From Octopus vulgaris (lineage: Eukaryota), in NCBI GenBank assembly GCA_951406725.2, contig OX597815.1, positions 98,456,001 through 98,520,000 of the forward strand: a stretch of DNA of 64,000 nucleotides, read 5' to 3'. The notes beneath the pieces were generated by a model. That model was not told the origin of the DNA. It made no database searches and saw nothing but the letters and a program-made list of their open reading frames with translations. Positions 41,520 to 56,828 of this stretch are shown piece after piece. The position numbers and the translations under genes are program-made. How positions within the stretch are numbered: the stretch's first letter is position 1; each line of letters starts with the position of its first letter.

Positions 41520-42935
41520 CGGGATACACTCATTCAATTGGGCTGCTAGTCTTTCATGCATCTCTTCCGCCAGAAGCCATGAATCCCATCTGGTCTAGAG
41601 GCTTTCCAGTTAGGCACTTTACCCACTTGTCTTTTCACACCAGCTGTGCTTATGACAATATTTCTTTTTCTTTCCTCCTTGTAATCTTGTCTTAATAGTT
41701 CCTTTTATCCCTTTTATGCACCACATTGTTTCCCTATAATCCGCTCCAGAACACCTTGGCTTGATTTGTATGAGGAGCAACATTTTTTCCCCCATTGTCT
41801 CCTTCTAACGTTCGGAAGAATTGCTTCGGGCTATTTTTGAACAATCTGTTCTCCGCAAACTGCTTATTTCTGTTCAGAAATCTGTTCTTCTGGCTTTTTG
41901 CCATGATCCTCTGCTTTAACTGCTCTATTACTGCATCAAACCCGTCCTTTCGTATTTTATATTTCTTCTCCAATTTTCCTCGGTCAATCTTTTTTCCATT
42001 TTTCCAGTTTCCTCTTAACCATTGCACAATTTTCCCTAGATGTTGTCTTGCCTTTCCACCATGGTTCTTTTGATTCCCCAGTTTTTGTTCTGTTAAGTTG
42101 TAATTTCTTCTCAACAAGCAGCGCAATAGCTCGGAGAAGATTCCTTGTTTGTGTCATGTCCTCCGTCTAGATGTATGGCATGACAGTATTTATCTTTTGT
42201 GTTACTCTACTTATCACTCCTATCTACTCTTTTTATATTCATGGGGAATTTTTCTTCTGGAGCATTCATCAAGTCGGTGAGTCGTCTTTAAATTTCAAGC
42301 AATTCATTATCTAGTTGGTTCATTTCCTCTGCATCAACCACAGTATCAGGGTTCACTGTGTAACATTCCTGTTCCTCATCCTTAACAGCTCCATCACCAT
42401 TACTCTGTTCTTCCTGTCTGCTCTTCTCCCTGCTTTCAACTCCTATCTATCTGTTTTCAACTCCGACCATCCTTTGTAGCCCATCCGCAGGGTCTCTTAG
42501 ACTTTCACTAACCCGTGATATTTCGACTCCAGTTAAGTAACCTTTCCTCCTAATTACTCTCACTTGGTTCATTAGTTTATTTTCTGACAAAGGACACATG
42601 TCCTTTTCCATAAAAAAATTGAAGGTATGTCGGCCTACTCCGCGACTTCTTTCCAGCTTTGCACTTTCATGACGTTCAATAAGTTTATCGTACTCTTCCT
42701 TCGTCCACTTATGCCTGTTTTTGCGCACACCACGTATGAGATCTGTTGTGACATATTGACCGTCCGACGCCAGATCACTGCTCCGGATGCAAGCGGTTTC
42801 GCACGTGCCAGGTGCCAAAGTTTCACCATGATCGGCTATGACTTCATTCTCGTCGTTAATTCTTTCCTTGTTGTATTGCATCATGATTTCATGAGTTGTT
42901 TGTGTGGTTCCCACGAGAGTTGTTCTTGAGAGCCC
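41520..42935 (-). mobile_element. R4/Dong-clade LINE, 5' portion of ORF (N-terminal region to start of RT)
   Basis: RHKWTKEE..SENKLMNQVRVIRRKGYLTGVEI, KLEKKYKI..IEQLKQRIMAK..QFAENRLFKNSPKQFFRTL..FWSGL and KVPNWKASRPDGIHGFW. Homologous to 60060-60600. Confidence 0.85.
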
Positions 42936-42987
42936 ATCTCTTTCTTCCTCTCTTTATTTGCATATACACGTGCACATGTATGTTCAT

Positions 42988-43045
<58 letters not shown>

Positions 43046-43149
43046 CGTGCTTGCATTGTGTCACCTCCGTAACCACAGTGATTATCATTACCACCACCGT
43101 TCTACCTACAGCATTTAAAATTATCAATAATGATATGGGTCCTGGTATA

Positions 43150-43420
43150 TGGCAGCAGATCTTCCTCACTATTTATCAAATACTCGGCAATGGTCTATAC
43201 TATGCAGTCCTCTGCCACCATTCTTTCTTCTCATATACAGTGTTCACGTTTGCAGTTAACAGCTAATACAATCTTTTGCGCTCCCTGCATGAATGGTAAT
43301 CCAGGGGTCATTCTCAACTAATTTCTAGTTCCTTTACTTGTCATTTCAAGTGCTTCCACAACCACTGGTTTTTTAACCGTCTTGAGAGTAGGAGAAAAAT
43401 AAGGAGCTGTAAATATATTC
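43150..43420 (-). mobile_element. scrambled Dong/R4 remnant
   Basis: KPVVVEALEMTSKGTRN*LRMTPGLPFMQGAQKIVL (C-terminus-like) is followed by LYMRRKNGGRGL..IAEYL (post-RT-like). Confidence 0.5.
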
Positions 43421-43605
43421 CGCAAGTGTTAAGATCAGCAGTCGGCATTCTTGTGCGATAAGGAGACTAAAGACGTCTCACACCCTTGGGGTCAGCAGAG
43501 GTCAAATGTGTTTACTACTACTAGCGATCAATGAGAGAGCTGACCTTTGCCTTGAAAAAACCTGTCCACCTTGTTCTATTTTTAATTAGTGATAGAAAAA
43601 TAATA

Positions 43606-43661
<56 letters not shown>

Positions 43662-43702
43662 ACTGATGTTCATCTCGTTGAATTTTTGAATGTCTGATAT
43701 TT

Positions 43703-44084
43703 AGTACTTTTTGGTTATCTCACTCTTATTAAAAACTTGGGTTATCTCCCCACGTTTTATGAAAAATATCGGTACTTTGATTATCTCCCCTACCTAAAGA
43801 AATGGTTTAACCCTCAATAAAACAAATCAAAAAAGAAATGAGAAAAAATCAATGAACATGAAAACTGACAAAATTATGCACTTTATTGAATCTAATACAA
43901 TTTTTATAACAAATCATACGATACCCATTGAGGAGGTCAAACGGCAATAGTTTGAAGTATTGAATCAAAAGAGTCTAGTATTTTTAATCCAATGTCTTGT
44001 CGCCACAACCTCAATTTTTAGTGGGGAGGTAACCCAAATTTTTAATGGCAATTTTTAATGGGGGTGAGATAACCCGAAAGTACC
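43703..44084. mobile_element. non-autonomous DNA transposon, Merlin-like TIRs (GGTACTTTCGGGTTATCTCACCCC...)
   Basis: 43703-43752 and 44021-44084 are imperfect inverted repeats with internal GGTTATCTC sub-repeats. The minus strand has WRQDIGLKILDSFDSILQ, possibly a transposase C-terminus. No TSD seen. Confidence 0.6.
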
Positions 44085-44329
44085 TGTTTAAAAAAAAATT
44101 CTTTTCTTTTTTATAAGTTTTACTGTGGTTTACAGTTTTTGTAATTGTGCAGTTTGTACATATAGGCAGGTGCTTATCTCAATATTTATTTTAATTTTTT
44201 GTTATCATGCATATTAATTGCATTGTTGCAATAAAAGGTATGTTTACGTATTCGGGTTTTCAAGGAGAAAAGAAAGATGAAATTTTCACACAAAATTGTA
44301 GATACTAAAGTTTTCAAATTTTCTAGAGA

Positions 44330-44437
44330 TTATTTACATTTGACGGATATTTGTCCTCATCTTGTTTGTTGTAAATACAATGTTTCGGCCTCCAGGCTTC
44401 ATCAGGTGCCCTGGGGAAATTTCGAACTTGGTTTCTC
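44330..44437 (-). mobile_element. second copy of the Penelope-like 3' terminus with hammerhead motif (44374-44410)
   Basis: Aligns with 34406-34525. GGCAC CUGAUGA AGCCUGGAGGCC GAAAC AUU GUAUU. Confidence 0.75.
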
Positions 44438-44452
44438 ATCATCATCATCATT

Positions 44453-44505
<53 letters not shown>

Positions 44506-44533
44506 TATTGTTATTATCATTATTATTATTATT

Positions 44534-45020
44534 CAGTAGTTTTATTTTTATAGCGTGCTTTCACTTCACTACCGAGCGCAGCTCTGTGTGCCTTGGGTAT
44601 GTGCTGTGATTTGTTGTGATGCTCTGATGGTTATTGTATGGAAAGTGTTCTGCGTAGGATGTGTGCAGTGCCTAGTAGTGCAATTTTCTGTATGTTATAT
44701 GTGTTTGTAAGTCCTGGTGTTTTTGTTATGTATTTGTCTGAATATTTTTTTATCATGCCTAATGCACCTACTATGATAGGAATTGTTTCTGTTTTCAGAT
44801 TCCACATTCTGGTTACCTCTATTTCCAGGTCTTTGTATTTTGAGAGTTTCTCCATTTCTTTTAGAGACACGTTGTCATCTGCCGGTACTGATACATCAAT
44901 TAGAAAGCATTTTTTTCTTCATGGTCTCTGACAACTATATCTGGTCTGTTGGCCTTAATTTCTCTATCTGTGTGTATCGGCATATCCCAGAGTATGGTTG
45001 CTTTCTCGTTTTCTGTGACC
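44534..45020 (-). mobile_element. 5'-truncated Dong/R4 LINE (RLE endonuclease + 3' UTR) flanked by (TAA)n on both sides
   Basis: KVTENEKATILWDMPIHTDREIKANRPDIVVRD..CFLIDVSVPADDNVSLKEMEKLSKYKDLEIEVTRMW..GALG..LLGTAHILRRTLSIQ*, a PD-(D/E)xK RLE. The only lesion I saw is a 1-nt shift in an A7 run near 44912. Confidence 0.95.
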
Positions 45021-45040
45021 TTTTATTATTATTATTATTA

Positions 45041-45120
<80 letters not shown>

Positions 45121-45127
45121 ATTAATG

Positions 45128-45556
45128 AAGCGAGACGGCAGAATAGTTACCGTACCGGGGAAAATGCATCGCAATATTTCTTCCGACTTTGCCTTCTGAG
45201 TTCAAATGCCGGTGGGGCTTGACATTCCCTTTCATCCTTCCACAGTCGATAAAGATAGTACCAGTTGCGTACTGGGGTCAATGTAATCAACTTACCCGTG
45301 CCTGATAGTCAATATTTGAAACCAATATTATCATCATCATTAAAGCGGTGAGCTAGCGGAATCGTTAGCACGCCGGGTAAATTACTAGGCATCATTTTCT
45401 TCCGTTTTTACGATTTGAGTTCAAATTTCGCTGGGGTCGACTATGCCCTTCATCCTTTCGCGCTTGATAAAATAAGTACCAGTTGAGTACTGCGATCGAT
45501 GTAATCGACATGAGCCCTACCACAAATTGCTGGTTTTGAGCCATTTGAAAGCAATA
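45128..45556 (+). mobile_element. two tandem SINE family A copies
   Basis: Heads at ~45128 and ~45343; both have ttcatcctt..gataaa..agtaccagttg. Confidence 0.85.
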
Positions 45557-45680
45557 TCAGTCTCATCCGCATGAACATTATCATATTTATAGCGGTTAGC
45601 TGGCAAAATTGTTAGAATAATTAAGAAACAGGGTATATCTGTATGTATATATATCGGCAGATAGGTAGATAATTAAGTAA

Positions 45681-46605
45681 CAGGTCATCCCATAAGTTCT
45701 GTCCGAATTTTGAATAAAGAAATTTAATCATCAATGTACTTTCCCTGATTATCTATGGCTTCCTTTCCAATAGTTACAAGCTTTTGAATCCCATTAATAT
45801 CAAACTCTTTTGGTTTCAAAGCGAAGAACTCTGAAATGTCAGTTTCGACCTCCTCCTGGCTTGCAAGAGTTATGTCCCCCAAATGATTCTGTAAACTACA
45901 AAACAAATGATTGTCTGAAGGAGCAAGTTCGAGAGAATAAGGTGGATGAGGAATTTTTCCCACTCAAGCCCTTCGATCGTCTGTGATGTGATCTTTGCAG
46001 TGGGGGTCGCGCATTGTTCTGATGAAACATCACTCCTTTCTGACTCACTAAAGCGGGTCTTTTTTTTTTCTTCAAAGCTTAGTTCAAACGCTCTAATTGC
46101 TGACAGTAGACTTGAGCATTGATTGTTGCATTAAGAGGTAACAATTCAAAGTGAATTATTCCTTTGCAATCCCACCAGAGAGAGAGAAGAACCTTTTTCC
46201 CATGAAGTTCCTTTCTCGGCTGTGGTTGAGATTTTCCCCTTTTACCAAGCCGCTGCTTACAATGTTTAATATTTCGATAGAAGATCTATTTTTCGTCACC
46301 AATCACAAGTCTATCCAAAAAGGGTGAAATGAGCTCGCGAGAATGGAGAGAAGAGCAGATGTCAACTCTGGATTTGCAGTTGCTTTCGGACAATTCATGA
46401 GACAGTCATTTTCCAAATTTACGAACCTTTCCAAGTTGTTGAAGATGACAATGAAAAGTTGTTTGGTTTGAACTAAGCTTCTTCAACTGATAATGCAGGA
46501 TTTTCTTCAAGTAATACCTCAAGGATCTTCTCACCAAACTCAACTGGACGGCCTGCAGTGTTTCCTTTGTTGTACTCATAAAGCATTATGTTCCTCAAAT
46601 GCTCT
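45681..46605 (-). mobile_element. mariner transposon fossil (3' TIR CAGGTCATCCCATAAG; internally deleted transposase)
   Basis: EHLRNIMLYEYNKGNTA is fused to GRPVEF. Also FLDRLVIGDEK*IFY, HQNNARP and PHPPYSLELAPSDNHLFCSLQNHL..GKYIDD*. Confidence 0.92.
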
Positions 46606-46639
46606 TAAAAGATGACCTGATACGTCGCTTCCGACGCTT

Positions 46640-47440
46640 TCTATTTTGAGGTCAAATTCTAAAGCTTGTCATTCATTCTTTAAGGTTAATATAATATATA
46701 CAAGTTGAGAACTAAGGTCAATGTAATCGACTTACTTCTCCCCTAAAATTGCTGACCTTAAACCAAAAATTGAAACAATTATTCATGTTATTGTTGTTGC
46801 TTTATGAGAAGAATGCGGCGATCTGGCAGAAACGTTAGCATGCCGGGCGAAATGCGTAGCCGTATTTCGTCTGCCGTTACGTTCTGAGTTCAAAATTCCG
46901 CCGAGGTCGACTTTGCCTTTCATCCTTTCGGGGTCGATTAAATAAGTACCAGTTACGCACTGGAGTCGATATAATCAACTTAATCCGTTTGTCTGTCCTT
47001 GTTTGTCCTCTCTGTGTTTAGCCCCTTGTGGGTAGTAAAGAAATAGGTATTTCGTCTGTCTTTACGTTCTGAGTTCAAATGCCACCAGAGTCGACTTTGC
47101 TTTTCATCCTTCGGGGTCGATAAATTAAGTACCAGTTACGCATTGCGGTCGATGTAATCGACTTAATTCCTTCCACCAAATTTGAGGCATTGTGCTTCCA
47201 GTAGAAAGAATTATTTATGAGAAGGCGGTGGCGAGCTGGCAAAATCGTTAGAACACCGGGTAAAATGTTTTGTAGCATTTCGTCCGAGTTTATGTTCCTA
47301 GTTCAAATTATGCCAAAGTCGACTTGGCTATTCATCCTTTCGGTGTCGATGAAATAAGTACCATTTGAGTAATGGTGTGGATGTAATCGACTTCATTTTC
47401 CCTCCAAAATTGCTGTCGTTGTGCCAAAATCTGAAACCAT
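46640..47440 (+). mobile_element. cluster of four SINE family A bodies (46640 partial; 46815 full; 47046 headless; 47222 full)
   Basis: The core gtcgactttgcctttcatcctttcggggtcgat is repeated, and both tail types occur. Confidence 0.9.
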
Positions 47441-47619
47441 TGTTTATTTATGTGAAGGAGGAGGGGATGAATGATATTGTCGTGGAAAATGATGTAAACG
47501 ATTATGGTGACGTAGGATTCCATGCTTATGAATGGCATCGGAGGAGAAGGAAAGAAGGAAGGAAGAAAGGAGAATGGAATACTGATAGGGAATTACAGGG
47601 AGAATGTTAAGTGATAATC

Positions 47620-47967
47620 GCACAAAATCATCATCAAAAACTGAAGCATCAGCAGCAACACCAGAAGATCTATCATAATTTTGACTATTAACAATAATTA
47701 AATGAACAACAAGCACAATAACACCAATAGAAACATTAACAACAACAACAATAACAGCAGCATCAGCAGTAATAATGAGAAGAAGAACGTGAGAAACGGT
47801 AATGATAATAATGGCGATAATTGTTATGATTGTAATAACTATTCGTAAGGATGTTGAAAACAAAAAAGAATAACAAAAACAATAACACAGCAATGATTAC
47901 TACTACTACAACAACACTTACCATCACCACCACCACCACCAACATTACTGCTGCTGCTACTACTACA

Positions 47968-48026
<59 letters not shown>

Positions 48027-48650
48027 TACTGCTGCTGCTGCTAAAGAACATGACAGCTATAACGGCATGAGTGAAGAATGTGAGGTGAACATCGATAACT
48101 ATAGGGATGTTATTGTTAAAAATCATGTTGATGATGATGTTCAGGATGATGATGATGATGATGGTGATGATGATAGTGGTAATGGTGGTAGTGGTGGTGG
48201 TGGTGGTGGTGGTGGTGGTGGTGGTCTTGGTGGTTGGTGGTGGTGGTCTTGGTGTTGGCGGTAGTGGTTGTTGTTGTTGTTGTTGGTGATGGTGGTAATG
48301 GAGGTTCGGTGGTGATTGTGTGGTGGTGGTGCCGTAACAATGAGGCGGATGATAATAGCAATAAAATTATCATTAACGCCAAAATTATCACCGCCACCAC
48401 ACATCGCCACCGACATCATCGTTGTCTTGATCATCATCATCATTTTGGTGATCACAATCTTCATTCTAATTATCATTAGCATCCTCATCAATACCATCAG
48501 CACCACCACTATCAACGTCATCAACATTAATCTTTCTCAATCTCCTCCTCTTTCTCTTCCTCCTCTTCCTCCTCCTTCTGTTCCTCCTTCTTGTCATCAT
48601 CATCATCATCTTCAGTAGTAACATCATCACGATTATCGTCGTCGCCGTCA
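47620..48650. repeat. compound trinucleotide field (CAA/CTA/GAT/GGT/CAT)
   Basis: Directly visible. Confidence 0.9.
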
Positions 48651-49698
48651 CACGCACGCGATGGTTTCTACAGATAAGAATGTAATATAAAATAATAATT
48701 AACTAAAAAAAAAAACACAAAAGCAGCAACATATTAATGCAACATTCTTTTCTCATTTATTAGCGGGTTTTTTTTTCTTGTGTATTTTCTTTTTAAAAAT
48801 ATGAATATGAAGTCAAACAAAATAAATTAAAACATTTTTGAAAATTAAAAATATATATACAGATGAAGAGACAATAATAATTGTAAATAGCAATGAAATT
48901 TTAATGATAATTGAGTAGATTGAACGCTATCTATTTACAAGTTTGGCATCATTTATCCTGGAGTTATTGGCTTGTAAAATAATTTTTCCTTCAAGACTTT
49001 AATTACGAAAGCTTTCTTCGTACAACGTATGCACGCCATTGTCACTTTCCCGCCGCTTTTACCTGCTTCAATTATATTTTCAAGCCGTCCTCATTAAGTT
49101 AATTTTGACAAACATTAAGATTTAGCGTTTCATCTGTTTATTACGCAAAAGAGAAATGAAAGAGTAAGACAGCTAGCGAGGTAGGTAAGTTAGTGGTGGC
49201 GGAAATGGTGGAGTGATGTCGGTGGATGAGACGATATTGGCAGTGCTGGCAGCTAGATATGATGATAGGTTGGTAGTTAGAATAGGATAATAGATGAGTC
49301 TGCATGTATGTATATATGCGCGTATGTATCTATGTATTCCGGTATATGTGTGCGCATATCTGTGTACGCATACATACGCATATAGATGCATATATACATA
49401 GGTGTGAGTATGTGCTTGTGTGTATATGTGTATGCATGTAAGTATGCATGTGTGAAACTCTCTGTATGCCTGTATTTGTATGTATATGTGCAGTGAAGCA
49501 TGTCATGATATGTGTGGATCGTTTTACTTTGACTGAAGGAAACGCACGCGCGTGTGCGCGTGTGTGTATTTGAATCTATGTGTGTATTGGATATACGTAT
49601 ACAAATACTGAAGTTGGTTGATTGGTAATTAGCCTGGTACAGGGTATACCTCTGCGTATATAAATCAGAAGATAGGTAGTTAAGTACGTGACTAAAAA

Positions 49699-50128
49699 TG
49701 GCACACCGTCGGTTACGACGACAAGTGTTCCAATTGATTCAGTCAACAGAACAGTCAGCTCGTGAAATCATTGTGCAAGTGGCTGAGCACTCCATAGACT
49801 CGCGTACCCTTAGCATCGTTCTCTGGAAAATTCAGCGTGACACAGCATGTGGCAAGGATTCAGCGTGACACAGAATGGGGCTAAGGCGGCGAGCTGGCAG
49901 AAACGTTACGTTCTGAGTTCAAAACCGCCGAGGTCGACTTTGCTTTTCATCCTTTCGGGGTCGATAAATAAAGTACCAGTTACGCACTGGGATCGATGTA
50001 ATCGACTTAATCCCTTTGTTCTTGTTTGTTCCCTCTATGTTTAGCCCCTTGTGGGCAATAAAGAATAATAATGCGGCAAGAATGAACCTTTGAATTACAG
50101 GTACAATTCATTTTTGCCAGCTGAGTGG
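49699..50128 (-). mobile_element. SINE family C 3' part with a nested family A copy (49883-50067, + strand)
   Basis: The body matches 28400-28530 on both sides of the insert. The A copy has a head deletion (gaaacgtta|cgttctgag). Confidence 0.85.
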
Positions 50129-50387
50129 CAAAATTTTGCAGACAGGCTGATATTTAAATATGCAATAGATACGTATTTTGGTTGAAAAGTTACGTCTTAT
50201 ACTGCTATAGATGTATAAAGTGTGAAAACAGAATGTTACATAGAAGTAAAGAAAATAGGATTAGAAAGATTTGAGAGACATTAGAATAATCAATAGAAGA
50301 TAAATAAAAAGAATGAGAGTTAGTTAAAAAGGTAACAGGGAATAGAAATGATAATGATGATGGCGATGGCGAAGGCAATGATAAGCG

Positions 50388-50582
50388 TTTCTACTAAGGG
50401 CTCAAGGCCTGAAATTTAGGGGAGGGGCTAGTCGATTACATCAACCCCAGTGCTCAACCGAACCCCGAAACAATGAAAGGCAATGTCGACCTCGGTGGAA
50501 TTTGAAATTAGAAAGTGAAGGTGAACGAAATACCGCTAAGCATTTCGCCCGGCATGCTAACGATTCTGCCAGTTCGCCGCTT
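50388..50582 (-). mobile_element. SINE family A (type-2 tail)
   Basis: Ends ..catttcgcccggcatgctaacgattctgccagttcgccgctt. Confidence 0.88.
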
Positions 50583-51341
50583 CAACGAAAGCAATGATAA
50601 TGGCAAAGAGGATGACGATTATGTAGATAATGAGGAGGAGATAGAAGGAGGATGACGATGATGAAGACTGTGATGATGATGATGATGATAATTATGATGA
50701 TGATGATGACAATGATGATGATGATGATGGCGACGATGATGATGATAGTAATGATAACGATGAAGATTACGTTGATGAGGATGGTGATGATGATAATGAT
50801 GTTGATGATGATGATGAGATGATGACAATGACGACGACGACGACGACGACGATGACAACGACGACAACGATGGTGATGATGGTGATGATGGCTTTTGCAA
50901 TAATGATAGAGAATAGAAACAGTGACAAAATCGTCATGAAGGTTAAAAGAAAAGCACAGAGAGAGAGAGAGAGAGGGAAAGAGAGATGGGAGGAGAGAGC
51001 CCAATGAGTAGATGAAAGTAAAACGGAGAAAAATTGAAAGGGATACAGGATAGAGAGGGGAGAAAGTAAGAGAATGGAATCATCAAGCTAAATTAAGAAA
51101 GAGGAGATACGATATAATGACGGAATGGGTGGAAGGGAGAGTGAAATATCACAAGACAAAACATGAGTGAAAATGAAACCGGAAGTGAATTGTAAAGAAT
51201 CTCGTTATTTTACCCATGAGCGTCTGATGGTAGTTACTCACCGAATAAATAGACAAACTGACTTTACATTGTATATCCGGAAGCCATTCGAATTACTTTT
51301 CAATATTTTTTGTTTAATATATACACACGCACTCGCTCGCG

Positions 51342-51403
<62 letters not shown>

Positions 51404-51551
51404 CAAGCACACACACACACACAACACACATGTAACGATAGTAAAATAAAATTTAATGAGGATAACAATGCATATTATATTTTCTCTATTACTTAGAATT
51501 AATGTTTCTTAATCAAAATAAGTGCATTCCTTCTATTTCCTCTTCTGATTA

Positions 51552-54605
<3,054 letters not shown>

Positions 54606-54910
54606 GGTGTTATTTTCACCATCAACATCATTGTCCTCGTCGTCATTTAATTACTCTTGTTGTTGTTATTGTTTTTTGTGTTATGAAAGACTTCAAAGTA
54701 TAACGAATTCAAATGAGGTAAACAAAGAAAACACCGTGAAAACAAAATACACAATTAAAATTTCAAAAGCAAACAATAAAACAACAAACTGCAGAGAATT
54801 AAATTCAGAGCAATGATGAAAAAATTATACATAGCTCATTAAAGAAAAAGACTCGAATAATATATATTCACTTTAGACGATTGAAGTGAAATAATTGCAA
54901 GATAGAGTGG

Positions 54911-54973
<63 letters not shown>

Positions 54974-55049
54974 GAATGAAGGAGAAATAATCAAACTGCG
55001 GGAATTTAATTAGGAATTAAAAAGCATATATATATATATATATGAGGAA

Positions 55050-55342
55050 TTTGACTGCAGCCATGCTGGAAAACTGCCTTTTAATCGAACGAAATGACCC
55101 CAGGATTTAACTTATTCTTTGTAAGCCTAGTACTTCTTTCATCGGTTGTCAAGCGATGGTGGGAAGATAAAGACAGACACGAAATCATATACATATATAT
55201 ACATATACGACGGGCTTCTTTTAGTTTCCGTCTACTAGCTGCACTTACAAGACTGGCCCGAGGCTATAGTAGACTTCACTTGCTCAAGGTGCCACGCAGT
55301 AGGACTGAACTTGGAACCATGTGGTTGGGAAGCAAGCTTCTT
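55050..55342 (-). mobile_element. SINE family B, internally deleted
   Basis: tttgactgcagccatgctgg..gaccccagga..gtaagcctagtactt..caaggtgccacgcagtaggactgaac. Confidence 0.85.
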
Positions 55343-55619
55343 TATTTCATTATATTGGCCATAAAGGCCTCTCATAGAGATAGGAAGCTGCGGGCTGGAC
55401 ACAATGTTATATGAAATGAAAAATGAAAATGATGATTAATGGGGGAAAAAGCGAAGCCCGCCGATCGTTTTTTCCCGAGAACATTGATCTCTTATATTAT
55501 TCATCAGGCATCAAACATTTTACATTGTTCATAATTCAATAATAGAATGAGGCACTAAGCTTCTTACCGTTTTTTCCAAACTAGGAACTTTCAATAACAC
55601 TGAGGCTCTTCAACCTCTT

Positions 55620-56828
55620 ATCCATATTCCTTCCCAACATCGCTTGTGACCCTATCCTCCGCCATCACCCACGTCTCATTCGAGCACAAAGCGGATGCCG
55701 TGTTGGCGTCGCCCGGCCACAAGCGATATTCCTCGTTGAGTACATGCAGCGTACGCAACACGGGCAACGTTATGACCTCCACAGCTATCTGCGGAGGCTA
55801 TTCGGGATCCCGTGTGCAGGCTAAAGGTACTCCCTTATGGTGCTTTTCCAACACCTTCTCCAGCACTCAATCTCTGTAGAAGAAGACAAATAATTCGTCT
55901 TCCTCCGGGGACGAGGTAGTCACTTCTACTGTCGGTGGCACAATTCCCACCGACAGTGTCGCTTCCCCTGCCAGTGGCACAACCCACACGGAGGAGGTTC
56001 CGGTACATACCGGTGCTATGTCACCGACTGCTGGTAATGTCCCGTTTCTCTTGCTCTTCCTCTTTTTTTCTCAACTGAGGGAGGGTGCGTCTCCTCCGTG
56101 ACCGGGAGATTCGCCTCCCCTCCCTCATCCCTAGGATCCTTCGGTGAGCACCAATTGTTGCTCACCTTCCTCCTTTTGTGGCACTTCTTTGAGGAGTCCT
56201 CCATCTCCTCGGTGGCCTTCATTCCCACTTCTGCAGATGTCTCAACCAAATGCTCCAGGACCTTACTTTCTTCCTGGGAACTGTTTTTTTATATGGCCAG
56301 GCTCTAGGCACCGATGACAATTGTGGGGGGGGGGGCCCTCAAGAATCACTGGGTACCTGCACCAGGCCATTTAAAAAAATCTGGAAAAACTAGATAGGCT
56401 GATTGCATCCACAGTGTCAAAATTGCTTTTGACCCAATTCAATCAGCAGCAGGAAAGGCTTTCAGAGTAAGGAGCTTGGCTCTGCTGCCACCCAGACCCC
56501 GGCGGATAGTCTCCTCTATCCACTCGGAAGTAATCCCGGGTGGCAACCCGCGAACCCAAGCTCTTGTCAACCTCTTCCCACAATACGTGGGAAGAAACAA
56601 AATTTCTTTGCCTTCTAATGGCTGGCTCGCAAATTTGCAACCGCACATTGCGTTTTTACCCCCCGAAAATGACTTTAATATTTGGCAGACACTCTGGCAA
56701 CCCCTTTTCAATTGCAGTTTTTCAAATAGGGTGATGGTGTCAAGCAACACCACCGTCCTCTCTTCACAGTCTTTCAACCACTGTTTGGGTGGTATAATTT
56801 GCCACTCCAAAACATTGTCTTTTTTCAT
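55620..56828 (-). pseudogene. LINE ORF1/gag-like zinc-knuckle gene, copy 1 (disrupted, no ORF2)
   Basis: MKKDNVLEWQ..KFASQPLEGKEILFLPTYCGKRLTRAWVRGLPPG..YPVILEG..CHRCLEPGHIKK (CX2CX4H knuckle), a charged linker, then EDELFVFFYRD*VLEKVLEK..CTRDPE*PPQIAVEVI. Confidence 0.7.

Noticed and set aside
55458-55510. Possible hammerhead in the 3' UTR of ORF1-only copy 1 (minus: GC CUGAUGA...GAAA..CGAUCG GC)
   Set aside because: Stem II does not abut the core, there is no NUH triplet, and copy 2 has no counterpart.
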